Assembly (NCBI GenBank): GCA_029717555.1
Contig: JAMDHS010000095.1
Coordinates: 1 to 64,000, forward strand
Source of the DNA: Peribolospora baueri
Taxonomy: Eukaryota
DNA length: 64,000 nt
Direction of reading: 5' to 3'
Under the pieces are notes generated by a model, which saw nothing but the letters and a program-made list of their open reading frames with translations, was not told the DNA's origin and ran no database searches. Shown one piece after another: positions 58,145 through 64,000 of this stretch; positions within the stretch are counted from its first letter, which is position 1, and every line of letters starts with the position of its first letter. A program made the position numbers and the translations under genes.

Positions 58145-59518
58145 TCTCCCGGTCGTGCCGTCTCTCGCGGCGCTGGCTCATCCTCGCCCTCGTCCTTATT
58201 CGTCCTTCCTTCCTTCCTTCTTCCCGACCGACCGACCGACTACCCTCTCCATCGCGTCCACCACCACCACCACAAACCAAAACGCTCTCGCTCGCCCCGC
58301 ATCCGATTGGGACCAGATCCAGATCCAGATCCGGATTCCGATTCCGATTTCCACTCCCCTTCCATGCACACGGACAATTTCTTTCTCCCTCCCTTCCCTT
58401 CCTTTGCTTGCTGTATCTAGTCCCCGACAACGTACCCCTCCCATTTCCATTCCCATTCCCCATACCTCCTCCTCCTCTTCTTCTTCTTTTTCTTCTTCTT
58501 CGTCCTATCCCCCTCCTCCTCCCCTCCTCTCCTCCCCTCCTCCTCCCCTCCTCGCCTCTCGCCCCTCATCCCCTTGTAGAATACTGGACGTACGTCCGTC
58601 GGTACATAGGCGTACGTCCGCCGGTACATAGTAAACCGCGGACACGACACGCTCGAGCCGTGCGAGCCGCGCGTGGATACGATTACGATGTCCATTTTGC
58701 TGACTGTGTGCTCTTTTGAAAAACACGGTGAAAAAAGAGACGAGCGAGTCGCCGAGCTTGTCTCTCGCTCCGCATCCCGCCGTCGTCTGTCCCTTGCGCC
58801 ATCCATGGCCGCCACAAAAAAAAAAAACCATGGACATTGCACAAGCACAAACATACGTACACACGAACACAGGACAGACAGACAGATAGACAGACAGACA
58901 GACAGACAGAGACGAGCTGGAGAACGTGGACGAGAGGGGAAAGAACGGGACGAGAGGGGAATGCGGGAATAGCGCGAGATGTACGAGAAAAAAATGACGA
59001 CTAGAAGAGAATGGCCCTCTCGCGGAGGACAGAAGGAGGAAAGAGATTGTGCTACGAGCGGCGAAACGATATTGTACAAGCTCAACAATGAGCAAAGGGG
59101 ACGTGGGGTCGGACCTACGTCGGATGGGAACGTCCAGGCGGACGGTCATCGACACGGAGCTAGAGGGCGGCCGACCAAGAAGACGAGATGGCGATAGACA
59201 GATAATGCGCGAACGACAAAAAAAAAAAAGAAAAAAAAAAAAGAAGGAAAAAAGGACGAGAAACCAGGGAAGGAAGATGACACGTCGCCCGCAAAACTAC
59301 GGTATGGACCGGAAGGAGAAAAGGGTATAAAATGATAGGATGCTGTAGGATACGTACTTCCCAGAGGGACGAGAGGACGAGACCGAGGGGGAGAAGGAAA
59401 GACCATGGTCGACGGAAACAGAGCCTCCGGAGCGGAGAAAGACAAGGACGAGGCTCAAAGGGGCCTCCGATAGGGTAAAAGGTACGAGCGCTGCGACCCG
59501 GTGGTACGGGCCCAGGGC

Positions 59519-62500
59519 TTAACAAGACGCGCTCTCGCGAGCTTCTCCTCTGGCCTGCGGATCGCTATCGCTAGGTGAAGCGGCAGCGCTCGCCGGCGAC
59601 TCCTTCTTGAACGGCCTGCCGAGCCGACCCTTGGGGGGCGCGCCGGCGCCGGGGGAGGGAGCAGGGCTGGAAGGGCGGGTGACGCTGTATCGCTTACCCA
59701 TCTTGGCCGTGCTGGCCAGGCGAGTGGCCTCGGCGATAGCTCTCTCGTCCCGTGCCTTGTCCGAGAGGTAGAAGAAGTGGTCCGCCGGCGAGGGGGGCAC
59801 GAGGGTGTAAGAGGGACGAGTGGGCGAGGAGACCTGTGAGAGGTAGTAGGCTAAGGACGGAAGACCGGCGCCGCGTTCGCCTGCGTCATCCTCGTCGTCG
59901 TCGGACGACTCGCCGTCGTTAAGTTCGAACAGAGACTGGCCCCAGCGACGCCTCAGCTCCTTTCGAAGCTCCTTCTCTCGCCGACGCTGCAGCCGATCGA
60001 GCTCATCCTCGTCCGCCGCGCTGTCGCGATAGCCAAACTTGCCCAAGCCGGCCTGACCCCAGATGCCGCTGCCGAGGCCTGAGGCGCCGGTGAGACGGAG
60101 CTTACGCTGCTCCTCGCGCTGGGCCTCTTCGGCCAGGCGGCGCATGCTCTCAGCGTGTTCCCAGCGCTCGTCCTCATCCTCGGAGAGGGAGGCGACGATC
60201 ACCTCGTCCAGGGGATCGGAACCGAGGCCGAGGATCGAGGGTGTCTGCACACCGGACAGGCCGAGGCTCGCCTGCGAGCTCACGCTGCCGTCCAGCGACG
60301 ACGAGGCGATCTGCGCCAGGGAACGACGGCGTGCGACCTCGATCTCGACGAAGCACTCGTCACACACTCTAGCGCGCACGGCACACAAGGGCAGCGGTCT
60401 GAAGGACGATGCATAGCTCCTCGTCGCCGCTGCCCGAGGCACTTCATCGGACGGGACGGGGGGCATAATGACGGTGCAACCCTGGTCGCTAAAGGCATTG
60501 CGGCTCATCGCTATGGACGACGTGCTGGCGCTGTTGGACGAGGTGGTCGTGGAGGACTCTGTCGGGCTCCCGCCGATCGCGCCGCCGCCCCTCGCCGCCG
60601 ACGCCCATGGAAGGTGGCCCAAGGCGCTCCTCAGCGTATCACTCCAGCCGTGCTTGACCTGACCGGCAGCGGCCTTGGTGGTGGGCGGCGGCGGTGCAGT
60701 GCTCCCGAACGAGGCCGCCCTGCGGGGACTGGACACGATGGCGGACAGACGATCGAACGCGAGACTAGACCCGGACCCGGACCCCGATCGCGACCCGGAC
60801 GCGGCCGAGCCACCCTCATCTTCGCAGGTGACGCCAGGGAGGCCGGCGGACGGGACCGAGCCGGTGGGAAGCTTGATCTGGTCAGGAGAGGAAGAAAGCG
60901 ATGGCCGGTATCCGGGGGCGCCGGGGATCGGTACGGACGGTGTGACCGCACCAGGCTCGGGCTCGAGCTCGGGCTCTTCGTCGTACAGCACCGTCTCATC
61001 GCTCTCATCGCCGCTCTCCTCTGCCAACGCGACAGCCACATCGGGAGGGACGTCGTCGTCTCCGACAGCCGGAGGCGCGTCGGGCCCGTCGTAGACCACA
61101 ACGTTCCTGGTGGGGACGCTCGTCTTGAAGCTACGCCGGCTCCGGCTCCGGCTCCTGCTGCGCGCCTTGACCTCTTCTTTCGAGGGCATCCGGTTGCTCG
61201 ACCTGCGGCGCGAAGCGGCGAGACGCGCATGAGACGGACCCGCAGGGTCGCCGAGACGGACCAAGCCAGAGACGTGCGAGATCGAGCGACGAATGTCGGC
61301 TCGCGGAGCCGGCCTTCCGTCGCCCCGCTCCTGCGACGGCCGTCCGGGAACGGGTTCGGAGCGAGGAGCGGAGATGACGCCGGAAGAGTTCAGAGGGGAC
61401 TCCGCGCCTTGCCCGGCCTTGGAGATGCCGATCGGACCGGCTCCTGTGCGGTCGCGCGAGGGTTCCGAGGCTGAACACGACGGCGGGCCGTCGACGCCCA
61501 CGGCGCTGTCGACGTTCCAGGGCCGCTGCTCGAGCCCGACCAGCTCGGCTTGACGTATGACGTCTTCGGGCACGTCGTCCTCGTCCACGAACAGCGTCGC
61601 CATCTTCGACGAGTGGTCCGAGCAGACCACGGCGCCGCACTTGCGGCAGTGGTGACGACGATAAGCTTTGAGCGATCCGCCACCGAACGGGAGGGTGAAC
61701 GTCAAGTCATCGCTCTCCCTACGTCTCCGGGTAGGCGACAAGGGCTGCAAGGGCCGTCCCTGGCCAGACGCCGGGGCCGGCTCGGTCGTAGTAGGAGAGA
61801 GAGGAGCAGAGGCGGCGGCGGAAGCGGCGGAAGCGGCGGAAGGCGACGTGCTGGCGCTCTCGATGGGCGGCAGGGTGTTCGGCAGACGTTGCTGCCGACC
61901 GACGCATGCAGAGCCGAACGACGCCGCGGGGAACGCGCTATCCGAGCCGGTGACGGAGCTATGAACGGTGGAAGCCCAAGAGTTGTGGCGCGAAAGAGGG
62001 GGCCGACTGCCGAGAGAAGACATGGTTCCCGGGGAGAGGAGGGGGGGAATGTGAGATGTTTGAGCAGCGTTCCCGGCGCCGGCGGCGCCCGGCCCGTCAC
62101 TCAAGCTTCGTTGAAGGGTGAGCCGTGGGTGAATAGGGGCAGGGACGTGGGTGCGCCTGACACCCTGAGCGGGCGGTTCGGAATGCTCGAGTGCACGCTG
62201 GCCCCCGGCCCAGCCAAGGCCGGGCACGCTGAGCCTGCCGCCGGCAAAGGAGGGGCCAAAACGGACTTGGCAAGGTTGAGCGGCGGGGAACCGATGACAG
62301 CGCGGCCTGCCATGAGCGCAGTAGGCGGCTTCGTTATCCGGCTTCCAGTGGGGGCGTGGGCAGGCGCAGGCTACGAGCTTCCAGGGCGACTGAGTGGGGA
62401 GGGACGCAAGAAGTCTCGACTCTTCCTCAAGAATAGCTTGCTCGAGAGTGGTGGCGTCGTCTCCCGGAAGGGGAACGACCAGCGACGTTGAGGTTTCAGA

Positions 62501-64000
62501 CGGAAATGATGGGGCGACGATGGCGGGAGGCTTGGGCTGGCGCTCGACGATGCTGGGCGTGTGATGCACGGGCGAAGGTGCCGGAGGGAGCGAATGCAAG
62601 GGCCGAGAGGGCGAGGGGGGCAGCGACGCCAGACTCGACGGCGAGCGCGCGAACACAAACGTCGGTTGGACGGCACAAGGCGACGAGGTACGCCTGAGCG
62701 GAGGCGCGATGACAGTGTGCGTTTCGGGGCTACCGACGGGCGCGACGGTGACGACGGCATTGGTGTGCTTGAGCTGCTTCCCCGGGAGCGAGCCGGTGAC
62801 GCCGCCGCCGCTGGGCCTGATAACGCTGGACTTGATATCAGCGGACGGGGAGCCGGCAGAAGGGGACGGATGGCAGGCAAGCAGCGAGGAGACGCCTGTG
62901 AACCGACATGACAGCATGAGAAGTTGGAAAGAAGAAAGACGGGGGAAAGAGGATGTCAGCTGGAGGGCCAATAGCAAGTCGGTGGACAAACAGGGGCTTT
63001 GGCAAGGGAAGGGAAGGGGAGGGGGAAGAATAAAATAGGGCACGCTGGAAGGGAGAGGAGGGTGGGGGGAGCGATCGCCCCGGTATCATCGCTCGCCGGG
63101 GGTGCGCGATCATCTGGCCGAGATGCGATAAGACAGACGAGGCGCGGACGGGTAAGGGGACGATCCAATGGGACCGGTCACCCGGACGGCCGTCACACGA
63201 CCAGAAGAACGACGACCATGACGACGACGGACGCGGCGAGCGACGGCGGATGGCGGATGACGGGCAAAATGAAACGAATGGGAGGGTAGGGAAGGAGGGA
63301 AGGGCAAGCAAGCATCCGGATGCGGGGGAATGAAGCCAACGGAAAGGGGCGGGGCAAGAAACAAACAATAGAGAGGGGGATGGATGGGTGGCGGGCGACA
63401 AGATGGGTGGATGGATGGCGAGTAGGATGGATGGATGAGATGGATGGATGGATGGATGGGATGGAGAGAAAGACGGATGGATGGAGACGAGCCTGAGACA
63501 CGATCGACGACCGGAGCCGACGGACGACGGACGAGACGGATGAAAACCCAAGTCGGCCGCCGTTCGTCGTGATCCATCCACCGTTGCCCAAGTCCATCTC
63601 CATCTCCACCTCCACCTCCACCTCCGCCGTCGAGAAGGAAAGCGAGACGACACAGACGACCGTAGGAAAAAGAAACAAGACAGAGAGAAATAGAGAGATA
63701 GGGAGACACTCACGTGGCCGCTTATCGCTTATCAGCCCGGAGCGCGTGGAGAGCGGGGCGGGGGCAGACGACTCGGCGCGTTTGAGTTCGTGGACGCGTG
63801 ACTCGGCGGCAACGTGAAGGTGGCGGCGGTACTGACGGTGCGGCGACAAAGGGCCGAGAGGGTCGAAAGCAGGAGCACGGTCAAAGGCGGTCTCGTCCGA
63901 TACAGGCCACGTCTGCCGGGTCATTCGCATGTTCGCCGTTTTCTCGCCGCTTTCGACCGGCGTTGGTGTCGTGGAGGCAGACGCAGACGCGTCACGGCGG
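59519..64000 (-). CDS. FYVE-type zinc-finger protein (split domain); 5' end lies beyond the window
   Basis: FYVE motifs WKPDNEAAYC, RRHHCRKCGAVVCSDHS and RVCDEC are present. An in-phase intron at 62896-63713 (C|GTGAGT...ACAG|GC) joins an upstream exon whose frame stays open to position 64000. Confidence 0.8.

Noticed and set aside
58141..58719. ORF ending in CAAX-like CVLF (pheromone-precursor candidate)
   Set aside because: No ATG in frame. It lies in low-complexity 3' UTR sequence.
49739..61474. Numerous 150-440 aa ORFs antisense or out of frame to the PHD, PalI and FYVE genes
   Set aside because: Stop-poor shadow frames of GC-rich low-complexity coding sequence.
1..64000. CRISPR arrays, rRNA, transposases/RT, secondary-metabolite clusters
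   Set aside because: No repeat-spacer array, rRNA-like sequence, DDE/RT motifs or PKS/NRPS domains were recognised.

Overview
This is eukaryotic, intron-containing, GC-rich fungal DNA. The protein sequences and splice sites suggest a basidiomycete, probably Ustilaginomycotina; this is inferred, with no database search. About 15 protein-coding genes can be reconstructed by hand: an F-box/RNI-like LRR gene with an apparently frameshifted 5' end, an intronless Pho80/Clg1-type cyclin followed upstream by a ~9.4 kb microsatellite-rich gene desert, then ITPase HAM1, a DUF2415-type WD40 protein, SLX4, COA3, NSE4, RPS8, a DOCK-family GEF, phosphopantetheine adenylyltransferase, a bromo-bromo-BAH RSC subunit, a PXA-domain protein, PI31, a PHD-finger protein, a PalI/Rim9/SUR7 protein and a 5'-truncated FYVE protein. 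CDS coordinates span start to stop and include introns. No convincing tRNA, rRNA, CRISPR array or transposon was found, and nothing here clearly shows a new multi-gene system. The best leads are a 17-aa uORF with coding-like codons in an AUG-depleted leader of the cyclin, a FYVE finger split by ~200- and ~410-aa inserts, an inverted telomere-repeat pair, an E-box/palindrome cluster upstream of palI, and a possible splice/uORF switch in the PHD gene.
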